Assembly: GCF_009914755.1 (NCBI RefSeq)
Contig: NC_060931.1
Reading direction: 5' to 3' (one strand)
Origin: the human T2T-CHM13v2.0 reference genome, Homo sapiens
Length of the DNA stretch: 64,000 nt
Part shown: in pieces, positions 1 to 15,854 of the stretch
Layout of the letters: each line of letters opens with the position of its first letter
Numbering within the stretch: position 1 is the stretch's first letter
Made by a program: the position numbers and the translations under genes
Notes under the pieces: generated by a model
What the model was told of the DNA's origin: nothing
Databases searched by the model: none
What the model saw: only the letters and a program-made list of their open reading frames with translations

Positions 1-724
1 TAACAGAATCTCACTCCACCCCTCACAACTTTGCACTTAAAAAGGTGGAGGTAATTAGTGTGTTTGGAAAGCGTAGCTGGCCACAATTAGCCAGTGTCTC
101 TCTGTCTCTGTCTCTTTCTCTATTTTGCCCTAGACACATAGACACATGGAATTCAAAGTAAGAAAGAAAACTAAGACGTGAAGATTCTGGAAAAATAAAG
201 TAACCGAGTTTAACATATTTGGTAAGCAGGGCTGCTGTTGCACAAATGTGGCTCCATAGAAAAGATGGTCAGTGTGTGTGGAGCCCCTCCACCCTCCACC
301 ATTTACTGAAAATGCACATGCTCAAATTAACATTTTGATGGGCAGTTTAAATTCATAGGTCATGGATTCTGAATTGCTTGAATGATGGCATGGCTAAATA
401 AGGATTTTCTCTATTTATGTTCTCTCAATCAGTTACCATTGAGAATGCAATATGATCTTTGACATCTCCAAATACTGACTTCTGGGAACATAATTTTGCC
501 TGGGATAACTGCTCTGTGCTCTGAGGATGCTGTATTATTTTGTGTGTGTGCAGTCAGAGTGGTCATACTCTAGGATGTCCTGTTAATGAATTGGATTTTA
601 AAAATGAGCAACCCCAGAAACTTGGTATTGATTAATTTAATTTCCAAGGACTCAAAGGAGTCCTACCCATTTCTGGGAAAGGTGGTTCAGGCTGAAGCCA
701 CTGAAGAAAGTAAATTAATTCCTT

Positions 725-950
725 ATTGAGAGTTAATTATATGCCAAGAAATCTTTTAAGGAGTTAACATACATTACTTTAGGTAAAACTCACATTGTCT
801 TTTTGAGATGGCTAATAATATTTCCATTTTACAGATTAGGTATCTGAGAGACAAAGAGCTTAAAAAACTTCTCCATGGTCACACAACTATTAAGTAATCT
901 CCATAGGATTCAAATGCAGGAAATCTGATTTAGACTCCGTGCTTTTATCC
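725..950 (-). mobile_element. MIR SINE remnant
   Basis: Reverse-complement MIR core: ttccattttacagattag...gagacaaagagcttaa...ggtcacacaact...ggattcaaatgcagg. Confidence 0.75.
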
Positions 951-2329
951 ATTACATTCAAACACCTAGACAAATACAACTAAGCTTTGAAATTGAGCTG
1001 AAATAAGAAGTTGAGGTAGACTTAAATTTCTGGGAACTAGTAACATAGAAGGGAAATATAATTTTGGATCTATCCATCTTTTGACCTTTTGGCTTTGACT
1101 TACAAGGGGATTTGATAGTTGGCTCTGTTTTCTTGTTTTTTTTTTCCCCAGGAGAATCTGATGATGGCAGGAGATTTATATTTGCATCTAAAGCATCTCT
1201 GTGCTGCTGGAATTTTATTGTTACAGTGTCTTTATGTAGTTTATTATTAAAACATAGTTATGATGTCATTTGAGCTCATCGAGGACCTCTGAAAAAGTGG
1301 CTAAACGTAATTTGAGAATGGAAATAGAATAAAGAGTGACTTTTCAGCCTTGAGTACAGAGTGGCCTTGGAAATGATTTAATTAATGCACTCTTCTGACC
1401 CATATCCGAGAAGAAAGCCAGACAAGCAGTTGTTAAATGTAGAGTGGCATCGTGAAGGATTATTCCGAGGGACAGCTAATCGTTTCCCAGAAAGGAGGTA
1501 GCACATCTCAACTGACCATAACTTTAATAGTTAAGCCAATGAATTAAGATAACAAAACCTGGGTAATACTGGGGTGCTAATGCTTCTTCTTTTCCCCTGA
1601 TAATTACCTCCATGTGAAAAGAAACACTTTGGCATAATTCTCTTGGCCCTTTGCTACCTATTATTCACTCTGTCCAAGGGAAGACGAAATGCTGTGACTG
1701 ATTGGAAGGAGAAAGAAGGCATGAGTGGCCAGCACTTTCCTTTTCTTCTAACGAGCCAGCAGACTGCAGATAATGTACATTGTGTTTTGGATCTCTAGGA
1801 GTAGCTCTGCCTTAGGACTGGAGCTCTGCTCCAGTCCAGTACTACTGAGTGGGACAAATGTTCTCACTCAAGGGTTCACTACTACAAAGTCCACTTTCTT
1901 GTAGATAACAGAAACACTTAATATCAGCATTAACATTCCAAAATGTTTATTCTGTTTTCTACATATCTTATTCCTTTTATCTTATTTTTGAAGTGGTTTA
2001 GAACTCTGGCAAGGAAAAGGGCTGCAGGTGATTTTTCCCTGCCAAATATCCCAACAACAGACAAACCAATGATGTGATTGACAGGAGAGGTGGAGGGAGG
2101 GAAGAAGAGAAAGAGAGAGGGGAAGAATTCATGAAGGGATAACTCAGAACTTGCACCATGCTGATTTGTGGCAAAGAATTTTAGAATACCTCAAGAATTA
2201 GAAGGCCTGGATTGATCTAAAAGTGAGGAGTAAGGGTGCAGGATAGAGCTTGAGAGATTGAGGCAGTAGAATTACTTGAATAGTTGCATAAAAAGTGCAA
2301 CTGGGTAATAGTTCCATTATTAAACTATT

Positions 2330-3700
2330 AGAAGACTAAAAGCTGAATGAGAGGGAATCAGATCTGTGTGCATTAAGTACCATGTGAGGCCAGGTAACAT
2401 AATGGAAACAGAGATTAACAGTCTCCTGAGAAGATATACACCTCGCTACCTTCTTTCATATTTGGATTCAGGAAAACTCTGGTAGCTGGGCCTATTACTC
2501 TCAGCTAAAAAAAGAATGAATTTTGCTTTCTGGGAAAACTGACAATCCTAAGAGAATGATAATAAATCTAGTAATTGGGACTTACCCAAATAAATGGCCA
2601 ATAGAGATCATACTGCAATAAAACCAAGCATTGAGAAAAGCTTTCAAATAGGGTTCTGGTACTTCACTCAAATACAGACATACAGTTTATAATTAGCAGA
2701 TATTTAAACTGAGTCTATAACATGAAAACAGAAATTGAAACAGCAGAAAAAATGGAAGTGGAAGAAAAATTTATGAAGAGTAGGGAGAAAATTCCACAAA
2801 TACATGTGTGTGAATATATATGGAGATACATAATTTTTTTCAGAGTGATAAAATATTATTTCCATAAGAAAGAACTGAAATTGCACATCAGGTTATTCAG
2901 AAAAATAACAGAAAACAATTTCCATATCACCCCCAAAATCTTGAAAATTAAAAATATAATAACAGAAATTAAAATGCTAATAAAGTTTTTAGAAAATAAA
3001 GCCTCAGAAATATACCAGAAAGTAGTATGATAACAAAAATTAAAGGACAACAAAAAGTAAAAAAAAAAAAAAAAGTTAGAGAATCAGCCCCAAATTTTAA
3101 ATGCTCACATATAGGGAGTTTCTGTTGAAGAGAGCAGAGAAAACAGACGCTAAGAAATTATCCATGAAAATTCAGTTCAGAAGAACTACTGAAAATCGAA
3201 AGCAACTTCCTGATTAAAAACACCTACACAGTGCCCAAGTTCATGACATCAAAACAAACTCATACCAACACACATTATTGTAAAATTTTAAAAACAAGAG
3301 ATCAAGAAAAGATTTTCAAAGTTTTCACAAAGGAAAAAACAAACAAAACACTTCGTGACATAGAAAACAAGAATAAAAAGAATGAATGTTTCCACAGCAC
3401 TAAAAGCTAGACTAAAATGAAACAATGCTTTCAAATTTAAAAGACAAATTCATCCTACCTAAGATTTTATGTCAAGGTATGAGTCAATTACAAAATTAAA
3501 AAAAATTTACTCCCTAAGTGTTCTTTCCCAGGAAGCAATGGATAGAGGGAGGTGTGTAATTCAGGAAGTAGGATTCTTCTTTAGCACAGAAGACAGAAGA
3601 AGGGGCTTTTCATGACGAAGGTGAAGAGAGACCCCAGACTGACAACTGTGCAATTGCCCTAGAGGAAAACCACTTCAGACTGAACTAAGCAATCTTAGTG
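2330..3700 (+). mobile_element. Ancient L1 (L1M-type) 5'/ORF1 remnant
   Basis: A-rich and ORF1-like: cttgaaaattaaaaatataataacagaaattaaaa, atagggagtttc..gaagagagcagagaaaac, cacattattgtaaaattttaaa, gaaacaatgctttcaaattt. Heavily decayed; ends approximate. Confidence 0.55.
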
Positions 3701-6700
3701 CTGCTGTCTATAAAGAAAAGGTGAATTTGATAGAATAATTGAGGCACAAGAAAGACTCAGAGAAGTATAGAATCTCAACACTTACCTGATAACATACCCA
3801 GAGCAAATATTTTGAATTATCATCCTTAGTATCTTTTGACCTTCCCTAAACACGTTGAGTTTAATGATTTGGGTTTCTACCATCCTTGTCAGAACCTGAG
3901 GAACAGAATATCTCCCTACCTCTTCACTGTTCTTTCACTCTGCATCAGAAGTTGTCTGTGCTCATTACCTTTTGCTATGTGACACGGAATTAGAAAAAAA
4001 AGGAAGAAAAAAAAAACCCACCCTGCTACCAGCTAGCTAGCTAACAAGGTGCTGGGACCAGTATGGTACTAGCATAATTAATGTAAACATTAAGCACTGT
4101 TAGAAAGCCTGTACAGAAGGAATTAGCTAGTGGTATTTTCAAGCTTTTCAGCACTATGGTGATAAGAAAAAAAAAATAGAGAGGGTTTTGAGTCCTTCCC
4201 AAATTGTGAATATGGGTGACTATCTGCTATAAATATATGTAGACTGAGAGCTATTCTTGTGGGAAGCTATGCCAGGCTCTCAAAGGAATCCCTATTAATG
4301 CCTAGCATAGCTTCTTGGCCATCTGTCCCAAGGTTGGAGTGGAATCCCACAGCTACAGATGTGAACATCAATGGAAAAAACAAATTTATTTGCTGTGCCC
4401 TCAAGCACTATAAACACAATGTGGGGAGACATTTCTGCATTCAAGGAGACCAGCTCACCAGGCTGATTTTATGTCCTCATCTGTTCTTCTTCTGACAGGT
4501 GCTCCGGAATTGCTTATAGAGTTTTCACAAGGAATTATTCATGCTTTTTATTATTTTCACATAACCCAAGACTTGGTTATTGAATTTTTTTTTACTAACC
4601 ATATTTCTTACAACCCAATAGTTATTTTTCAATATGTGAGGGTGGTTGCCCCTCCTTAGAGACAAAAGCCACATTTGGATCTCTTGTTTTTCTTGATGTA
4701 AAATCTAGCCTTGGTGGTCATTGGTTTTTCTTTGTACATTCTTACTTTATCTTTTCATATCAACAAATACGCAATCTATTATTTTTATCACCTTCATGTC
4801 CGATTTACAGCATCAAAGGGGGAGATATGATCTACTCACACGTTTCTATCAAATGAGACTATCTACTTTTGATGTAGAAAGTCAAGAGTTAGTCACTAAA
4901 GTAATGACTATCTCTAAAACCTTTGTCATAGAGCTGGAAATCTAAGCCTCAAAGAAAATTCATTTGATTCTTAGAGATCAAGATTGTCAAATGACAAGTA
5001 TCTTCATCTCTGCATCACCTCTATTCCAGGCAGGGGATAATTTTACACAGGTATTACGTATTTCTACTTAAAGTAAAGCAAAAGACAAAAGTATATAAAT
5101 AAGCCTTTGTCTAGGTAGGTGCAGATTCTCCTGTTCAAAAAAGTTTCAGCTTTTTTTTTTTTATTTGTGTGCTTGCTACATACTGCAAGTTTACATGGCA
5201 GCATTCTGACCATTGTCGTCCCTGTGCACCTGCCACGGGATTCAAGCAGATTTAAGAAGATAGAACCTAAGCTTCTCTCTTAAGAATGACTGATGGACTT
5301 GTGATGAGAAAACAGTGGGTGCAAGGCTTGCATTGGTTGCTCTTTATTTCTCCAAATTCAGATGTTGCAATCTGTTAACTGCTTAATTGTAAAAAAAAAA
5401 AAAAAAAAAGGCAGAATTCCCTGTGTTTGCTCTTCTTTCCAACCATTCATCATTCTCTTCTGAAGCAGTCCTCTTTTCCCAAATTTCTCCTCACTCCTTC
5501 ATATGAACTTTAATTGCAGCTACCTTCACCAAATAAATTCCTTTATTTTGTAAAGTAACATGATATTTGGGAAAAAAAAAACAAAAATTGGGTTGGATAA
5601 AACTGAAGGAGCCTAATCTTTTGAACTTGTTCTATTTTACTTTCTGGAACTCTTGCCCTAGGGAGAAAACACCTGTCCTCTTCTCTTCACCTCACTTCTC
5701 TACTTGGAGGAAATCATAGGATACCCAGGAATAGTTCGCCACCAGCTCAAAGATTCCATGTGGCTCTTGGTGAGTCACAGACTTCTTTGCTAAAATCTCT
5801 GTACATTCTGAAATGGAAACACGTGAATAACGTATCGCCAAATTCTACCAAGTTCATCAAAATTGTCTGCAGTTTATACTAATTTTATAACTGACTGCTA
5901 TGTCACCAAATACGGAATATTTTCAGAGTGCCGAATACCTAAAGAGTGTAAATGTCAGAGCTTCTAGCAGAATGGTGGAGACGCTTCTCAGAACAAGACA
6001 TAAACATTATTCTGACTTTACTTTTGAGAAGTTCACAGACTCCACGCATCAAGCCATAGAGCTTCTACTCCTTGGCTAAAGGTAAAACTGGGGTGAATCA
6101 GAATCTTTCATGAGATATAGATTTAATTTTTCTACTCCTTCTGGTGTCTTCTCCCCACCTCCACCCCACACTCCTGCATACCCAGTGTTTTAGAAAATGG
6201 AAAAACCTTGATTCCTTAAAAGTTAGACCTGGCTGGATAGTGGTTATTTCAGCAGCATTCTGATTGCATAAAGTAATGTCTTTGCTTCTCTGAGTTGAAC
6301 AGTCCACAGAGGTTGAAGATTGAGCCATCGAACTAGTGAGGAATAAGGATGCCATCTTTACCATTCAGGTACCAAATCAGAAAGAAATTGATCTAGAAAG
6401 CTGACACTCATAAATAACTGATGTGATGTTAATTCACAGCAAATGGACTGACTAAAGCCCAAGTAAAATGCAAGTAAATTTCCCAGCTCCTGCGTTGTTC
6501 TTTAAGTGGTTTTCCTCCTATCTTCACGAGGAACCTAACGGGCTTTCCCCTTTTTGCTGCTCATTCAGTAAGATTTGTTCACAATAGTGCTCAGTTATGT
6601 TGCAGAGGCATGAGTTGCCAATTTTGTGAACATGCTATTTTTACTGTAATATTAATGTGGGTTGTGCTCTAGTGCTCTTCCAAGTTTTCTGAGCTTTAGA

Positions 6701-6904
6701 ACATCAGTGATGCCATTGCAAAGCTTCATCTGCTAATCCATTGCATCTGAAATTCCCTGTTGTTTTTGTAAATCAATTATTGAACTTTCTCCCTCCTCTT
6801 TAGCTAAGCAGTGTTTCTGAAAAAAAAAAAAAAAGTAAAAAAGGTCTCAGCTACTTATTAACTCATTCTTATGTGCCCTTCCCTTTGGAATTCACTAATC
6901 CATA

Positions 6905-7690
6905 TCCTGTCTAATAGATGTCACTGTGTGCCCTGCTCTGCTCAGATGCTGGGTATGTAGCAGTGGACAGGAAGAACAAGCAACCCCCTGCTAGAGCTAT
7001 AAACTACGAGACAATAAAACAATAAACTTTAAAATAAGGAAAATAATACAGTAATGACCTCAGCAGGGGTAGGGTGGGATCTGGGCTATGTCAGCCTGGG
7101 TGGTTGGAAGAACATTTTGCTGAAGCCTTGAGCTGAGGCTAGAATGAGAAGTTGCAGGCATACAAAGATAGCAGGCAGATTACTGCAGGGAGAGAGGAGT
7201 TTTCCAGCTCAGCACTATTGACACTTGAGGCCGGATGATAATTTGTTGGAGGGCCTGTACTGTGATTGCAGGATGTTTAGCAGCATTCTTAGTATATACC
7301 CAGTAGATGCTGATAGCACCTCCATTCCCCAGTCCAGTTGTTACAACCAAATTGTCTCCAGACCTTGATAAGTATCTCATGGGGGAGAAGGGAAATTGCT
7401 TTCAGTTGAGAACCACAGTGGTGGAAACATCATAAAGTGCTGAGGCCTTAACAGTAACAAGCCAAAGAGCTGTATGAAAAGCCAGTATATCTGGAAGAAA
7501 GTGGCTTAAGGAGAAAGTAGGAGGAAAAAAGATCTGGATGTAGGGAGAAGCCAAATCACATTAAGGCCTCACAGGCTATGCTAAGGACCTAGGATTTCAT
7601 TCTAGGTCCAGTTGGGAGACATTGGAGGATTAGGTAAGGCAAATCTTAACACAATTTGCCTTACCTCTGGCTGCTATATGGAATGCTGCC
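6905..7690 (-). mobile_element. L2 LINE 3' remnant, interrupted by MER20
   Basis: cactgtgtgccctgctctgctcagatgctgggtatgtagcagtggacag at the left; L2-like ggctatgctaaggacctaggatttcattct...ctctggctgctatatggaa at the right. Confidence 0.6.
7196..7420 (-). mobile_element. MER20 (hAT-Charlie DNA transposon)
   Basis: ctcagcactattgacacttgaggccggat...gcaggatgtttagcagcat...cccagtagatgc...ttgtctccagac...gttgagaaccacag matches the MER20 reverse complement end to end. Confidence 0.85.
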
Positions 7691-8348
7691 AATGCTTCAT
7701 TTTATGAACTTATTTGGATTAGTGGGTTGGCTACTTGAGTTCCACTTATTTTAGTTATTTTGGTAATCATGTTTATTTTAGTTTTATGGATGTAGATTTA
7801 GATTTGAGCACTCTCGAGGCTATTTCACCCAAGAGATTATATAATAAATCTGGGTAGGCTTTAAGACATGGTGTCCTGGCCATGCAAAACTTCCATAGCT
7901 ATGACTGAAAGTCAATACACCTTTTAGTTTAATTATTACTCTAAATTAAACATAAAAATGGAAAAATAACCTGAGGATAGCCATTTAACAATTACTGAAT
8001 CACTGTGTATTGTCAAAATAAGAAGACTCTTAATTACTGAGTTAATGCTCATACAATTGGGCTCTTTGTTTTCTGTTTCAGTTTAGTCAACAGGACTCAA
8101 AAGATGTGGAATTTCAAAGTTATGTGCCAGACTGCTGAGTGGACACTTCTCAGGAGGTGTCCTAGGATGGTGAGAGGCCTCTCAAATTCACAAGGAGGTA
8201 GAACAGGTTAAGTTAAACTGTGGATTGTGAAGAGTTGCTGACTATGCCCTTAGGTCCATCCTACTAAGAATGAGGAGGGAGTACCTCTTTCCATGCCAAA
8301 GCTGATTGACAGGCAGCCTTGAGATGATAGCTAGTAGCATGAAGCATT

Positions 8349-8463
8349 GAGAGGGAGAGGGAGGGGGAGAGACAGAGGGAGGGAGGGAGGGAGATACAGA
8401 GAGAGAAGGAGGAAGAGAAGGAGTGGGAGGAGGAGGAGGGGAGAGAGACTGAAAGAGAGAGAA
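8349..8463 (+). repeat. GA-rich polypurine low-complexity tract
   Basis: About 115 bp of nearly pure purines (gagagggagagggagggggaga...ggaggaggagggga). Confidence 0.9.
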
Positions 8464-10084
8464 CTGGAATGTCAATGCAACCTTCGCTATCACCAAAGAC
8501 CCAAAGACAGCATCTTAAAGAACGAATGAATTTTCCCCCATGAATTTTCCCGAGGTCCAGAGTGGAGGGAGCAAGCTTACTTGGAGTTCTTTGAAACCTT
8601 GTGCATTATTATGTTTGGAGTAGTGGTGGGAATTTCAACAGGGAGAGTTCTGTGTGGAATGGATTCAGGAGAAAACAAGAGGCTAGGTTGGGGGTGGCTG
8701 CCTGATGTGAGAGATGTGAACAGCCCAACTGGATTGGCCTAGTGGAGGTGCGAAGGGAGCATCTGAAGGACCAAGACAAGTGCCCAGGAAAAGAAGGTTT
8801 AAATATTAGGCAGGCTTAGCAGAACTAGTTAGTTAATAGCTCTCTTAATCAAGAAAAGTTTATCCTCTCCTTGCTTGGCTCAATCCAAGATGGACCAAAA
8901 GCCCTGATTTGCAGCAAAGGGAAAGTGGAACAGGAAAAGGAAGAGTCCAGCCAGCAGTACCCTCTGAGTTGACCAGGTTCAATCATCTGACAAAATAGAG
9001 GACCAGCCTTTCTCATTAGCAAATAGAGACTGTGCATTGCAACTTAGAATACGTTAATTCATTTATAAAGACAGTGAAAGACATTTCCACTTTATGACAT
9101 CCCACTCATCTTGCTTGCTGAACATGTCAGTAATAATGCTATCTGTTACAGATTACTCTTTATTCTAGAGTGATCCCTCAGGATTGAGGGAAACACAGCA
9201 CTTTTGCTAACTTGGAACATTCTGTGTTCCAGTGGTCAGGTGGGCTATTAGAATTAAGATTTCCTTTGTATTTTAGAGTATTTATTTATCTATTTAACAC
9301 ATATATGTTGAGTGCGTAGTATTTGTCAGGCACCGTTTTTAGTAGTCTTGGTTTGAGGTGTTAGTCAAATCACACTATGAATGGAAGCAGACTTCTGGGC
9401 TCCAGGGACCCTGTATCAAGGCCATGGGGCACTCGGGAAGTACTCTAGTAAATGTGGTGCCAGGAACTCCACGCTCGAGGCGGCCCTAGTGGGGAATTAC
9501 ACTAAGCTGATGGGTACCTGGGGGTATGTCCACTTTTCACACAGCTACTCTAATCTTTGAAACTCTCTAAAAATGGAGACTTGTCTATTTCTAACTTAAT
9601 CTGCAGTTTAAAAAAATGAAGAGAGAAGTTTTTTCTTTGCTTAACACTTTTTTTTTTAGTTATGTGAAGACTACATTTCTATTGTTCTTTTCCACTGTTT
9701 TCCTCCTAGGCTACCTCCTTTCCTAGAAAAGTTAACAATGTTTTGTTTGTGTGTTTTGTTACTCTCCAACTTACTCTTTAGACTGTAAACATCAAAAGGA
9801 TAGATTTCTGCAATCCACCATCGATTTTGGTTCAATAGAACAGAGTGGGGCCTGAGTTTTTGTCATTTTTCTAAGTTCCCCAGATGGTTTTGTTAGCTGT
9901 GCTTGACAACCAGTGCTATACAAAGACCAAGCTGTGAGGTGAGGTGTTTTGTATAGAACCAGTCCCCGGTCTATACTTCTAAACTCCTTATCACCACTCT
10001 CAGCTAGCAATGTGCATTCTGATAAAGATGTGAGATAGCCATCTGAGAGAATGTATGTTCTAATAGTGTTGTAAACTTCTGGAT

Positions 10085-10298
10085 CAAGGTTTTTCAACCT
10101 CAGCACTATTGACATTTGAGACCAGATAATTCTTTATTGGGGGAATTTAGAAGGTGGGGTGTCCTGTGCATTGCAGGATGTTTAGCAGTGTTCTTGCCCA
10201 GGGAATGCCAACAGCAACTCCCTCATCAACAAAAAATTTCTCCAGTCATTGCCAAATATTTCCTGTGGAACAAAATCACCACTGGTTGAGAACCATTG
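10085..10298 (-). mobile_element. MER20 (hAT-Charlie DNA transposon), second copy
   Basis: caaggtttttcaacctcagcactattgacatttg...gtcctgtgcattgcaggatgtttagcag...ctggttgagaaccattg; both termini recognisable. Confidence 0.85.
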
Positions 10299-10424
10299 CC
10301 CCCACTTCTATCCTATTCTCTTTTCCCATTAGGGACAAGACCAAGAAAGGGACATTTGAAAAGACAGAGGTATTAGTCGAGAAATTTTCTAGAGGGAAGA
10401 CATAGACAATAGCAAACATCATAA

Positions 10425-10841
10425 AAATAATTTGTTGAATTGAGTTCTGCAAAGAAATATGCTGAAATCCTAGCCCCTGCACCTGTAGTTAAGATGAGGT
10501 CATACTGGATTAGGCTGGGCCCTAAATCCAATAACTAGTGTCCATATATGCATAGGGAAATGGAGACACAGAAATACGGAGATACAGACACATCTAGAGA
10601 GGATGTTGCCAGGTGAAAGTGGAGTGGTGTAGCTGCAAGCTGAGGAATGCCAAGGATTGCTGGCGACACCAGAAGCCAGGAAAGAGCATGGATCAGATTT
10701 TTACCACGGGAGCTTCAGAGGAAGTGGAAGTGTAGTCTTGTACATGCCTTGATTTTTGAATTTTCAGCCTCCGGAACTGTGAGAAAATAGATTTCTGTTG
10801 TTGTAAGTCAATGTTGTTACAGCAACCCTAGGAACCCAACA
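10425..10841 (+). mobile_element. MaLR LTR (MLT1C-like)
   Basis: gttaagatgaggtcatactggattagg..ggccctaaatccaat, gaggaatgccaaggattgctggcgacaccagaagc, cagcctccggaactgtgagaaaatagatttctgttgtt, ttacagcaaccctaggaa. Confidence 0.8.
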
Positions 10842-11004
10842 GAAGTGGTAAATGAAGCTTAAAAAAAAAAAAGAATGACCATGGACTGCACTAACTTTGT
10901 TTTGAACATACAGTCAAATGTAAGTTCTAAGAATTTGGAAGTAGACTCTATGAGAAGAAAAACATAAGTTATAAGATAGTCTGTGTTCTGTAAGATCATA
11001 ATAA

Positions 11005-12622
<1,618 letters not shown>

Positions 12623-14401
12623 AACATGTTCTATGAATCGCAGGTCAGAACATGCTTGATTACAGATCAAGTAATAATTTAGGAAGCAGAAAATAAGTGC
12701 TCAGAACATAGCAATAGGAGTAGGAGTATAGCACCTAACTCTGTATGTTAAAGTTTGCCAAGGTGTTTGTAGACCATTAAATGCTCTAAAAACAAAAACA
12801 AAACAGGGCTAATGTGTTTATGCTTTCAATCCTATTTATTACAAAAAATTAACTAGTATTTATATCTAATTAATTTACTTTGCATCGGGGAATGTTTTAT
12901 TCTTTTGTTTCTGAGTCCCAGTCAAGTTTCTTTATGGCAGAAAAAACAAAGTATCTGAATTTTTATGATGAGCATGTATCACCTTTGTAATTGGGAAATA
13001 AAAATCATTTCTAATTCAAAAGTAAAAGTTTATGATCTACTAGCATATACATAGTATTTTAATTTATTTATTTTTATAAAGTGCCCCAAACAAATTTTAT
13101 TCAATAAGGCACTTAATCCTTAAGAAGGTAGCAAAAGTGAAAGAAAGATAACATGGCATGAAATATATTTTTTCATACAAAAACTATTTTAAATGTTTTT
13201 ATTTCAATTATTTATTTAAATTTATGAGCATATAGAAAAATGGAAAATATGAACAAGTCCAACTGGCTATACACAGAACATATTGAAGTGAGTGAATATT
13301 AGGTGAGGGACACATTTATTTCTAAGATTGTGAAAAGAGGTAGGAAAAATATATTTTACAAAGCCAGAAACATTTCTACAAATTAACAAACGCTAAATGA
13401 ATTTAATTCATACTTTTGTGTTTTCAAAGCCAGAGCTGAAAAGGAAGTAGTTACTTTTTAGGTGCATTTTCTACAATTAAAATATGCTCCTACCAGGTTT
13501 CTATTGTGAGATTTTCATAGGTATTGTAACTTGGACCAGAGAGAAATGGAAGCAACTACGGTGTCTAATAGAATCATATACTAGTTCAATAATGATTTGA
13601 ATCTATTGATCGTCTTTGCACAGTCAAGTGTGGCAACTTCTCCCTGAGCTCCTACAGTGACATTCTGTGGCATTGTTTCTAACACACTCACTATTCCTTC
13701 CATATTTTTCCATAAATACAATTACCCTTTCTACTCCTTAAAGCATGTCAGTCATCTGCATACAACCCTTTCCTTTGAATTCCTCCATCCTGATTCATTA
13801 TACTCCTCCCTCGATGTTCCCAGGGTACGACAGTGAAGAATTGGGATGTCTGGCAAAGGCCGTGAGCAGCAGTAGAAACTCACTCCATTTGTCAAGCATA
13901 TGTCTTCATGTGGGATCATGTCCTACTGAGGGAAGGAATACCTCTTTCTTCCTTCAAAGAGAATATTCCTTTCATAAGTCACGTGCCTATGAGCAGTATC
14001 CACCTGGAGAGTGTACTTTCATTCTTTTTTTCTTTTTCTTTTTTTAAATTCAATAGCCCAGGGAAAGCGCTTTTTTCTTTCTAATTCCCCTAAAGACATT
14101 GCATGAGCTGCACTGGCTTTACATACCCCACCTTCACCATTTCAGGTGTTTTTGCTTCCAAATTCAACTCAGTATGCCTTGCTTTTTGCTACTACAATGA
14201 TTTTTCTAAAATACGTGATACTTGATAAGCAACAGAAGTTTCAGTTTAGATTTTTGTATAAAATGACAATCAAATACTTCAAATAAGGTGTGTAGAAAGA
14301 AAATAAGGTAAAAATAGGCAGTAGGATAGTCATTCTTAGCGTGTTGTCATTTGGCTCCTTCTTTCAGGATCCTCCTGAGTGCTTGTTAAAAGCACATGTT
14401 C

Positions 14402-14708
<307 letters not shown>

Positions 14709-15539
14709 CTAAGCAGTGCAAGACTTAACTGAATGACTGTCTGGCTGTGGGAGAGGGTGGCCAGGGAATCTGCATTTGAATGAGCTCTCAATGTCATTCT
14801 CTTATATAATAAAATTTGTGAATGAATGCTTTCACAGGAACTTAAATAAATTAGGTTGAAATTGAGAAACAAAACAATATTGTAAGTGTCCCAACTTCAG
14901 CCTATGTTTTATATCCAACAATGAGGTTCAGATGTGTTAGTAAGCTGAGAGTGTAAGACTACCAGAAGCACAGAAGCAGAGGCCCTGAGGATTTTCTTGA
15001 GAAAAAAATTGAGGCTTCACGTAAAGGGAAAGTGGCATGACAAGCTTGATGCAGTGAAACTATCCACTGTCAGAGGAAGGATCTGAGTAAGTCTATCAAT
15101 AGGGCTCTGTCCCTAGAAATAGTGGAGTACTCTGGGCAATGAAGAGAGAGAGAGAGTGCTGCAAATAAAAACCAGGAAAAGCTGTCTCACTAATAACTCA
15201 TAATTGAGACATAGAGACTCAATAAGCACAGCTTTAGCACCTCGCTTTATCAGTTGTTATCTAATTATCCAATCAAAATCACTTTAAATATTTCGGAGGG
15301 ATTTAATATAGTTAAATGTTTCTAAATTGTTAGAAGGCGAAGCCATAGGGAAAAGAAATGCAAGTAAATGCAAGAAGCTGCTAAAACTGCTCAGGCTGAG
15401 AAGAAAGAGAGGAAAGTGGCAGTGCCCCAAACCATAAGAGCTAAAACACCATGGCAACTGGAATCACTGCAAGCGCTGAGTGAGAATCCAGGAGTCTGCA
15501 GTCCCTCGGTGGCTGCTTAAATCAGTGGTGATATCACAG

Positions 15540-15745
15540 ATGCTGCCAGAGCCAGAGTAGAAAAAAATTACTTATCTCTTCCTGGCTTCTAGTCAGCTGC
15601 TAAGGCTGCCCACTGGCAGAATTTAATCAAACCCTGTGAGCAAAGGGGTCCAGGAAAATAGTCTGGACGCTTCCAGCCCTTGACAGAATAGAGGGTAAAA
15701 TGAAAAAGGCATATGTGAGGCTGAGAGCCAAGAGGAAACTAACAC
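15540..15745. mobile_element. Old ERVL-class LTR remnant (LTR16/LTR33-like)
   Basis: ctgcccactggcagaatttaatcaaaccctgtgagcaaaggggtccagg..cagccc..acagaatagagggt resembles these families. Family and orientation uncertain. Confidence 0.35.
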
Positions 15746-15854
15746 GTTTACCCAAGAACAGAGTATGATAGGAAAAGCAGGTAAAACAATTCTACTCCAT
15801 TTACCCCTTAGGCTACTACAAAGTTTGGATAGCTGGCAATTCCTAGACATAGGT

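Noticed and set aside
2704-3053. Overlapping 60-102 aa ORFs
   Set aside because: They lie in A-rich decayed L1 sequence; no splice structure or recognisable protein.
8242-8529. Pro/Ser-rich and Arg/Gly-rich ORFs
   Set aside because: Translations of the GA-rich low-complexity tract.
9478-9495. CTCF-like motif (minus strand ccactagggccgcc)
   Set aside because: The core GG positions are mismatched; not supportable without ChIP data.
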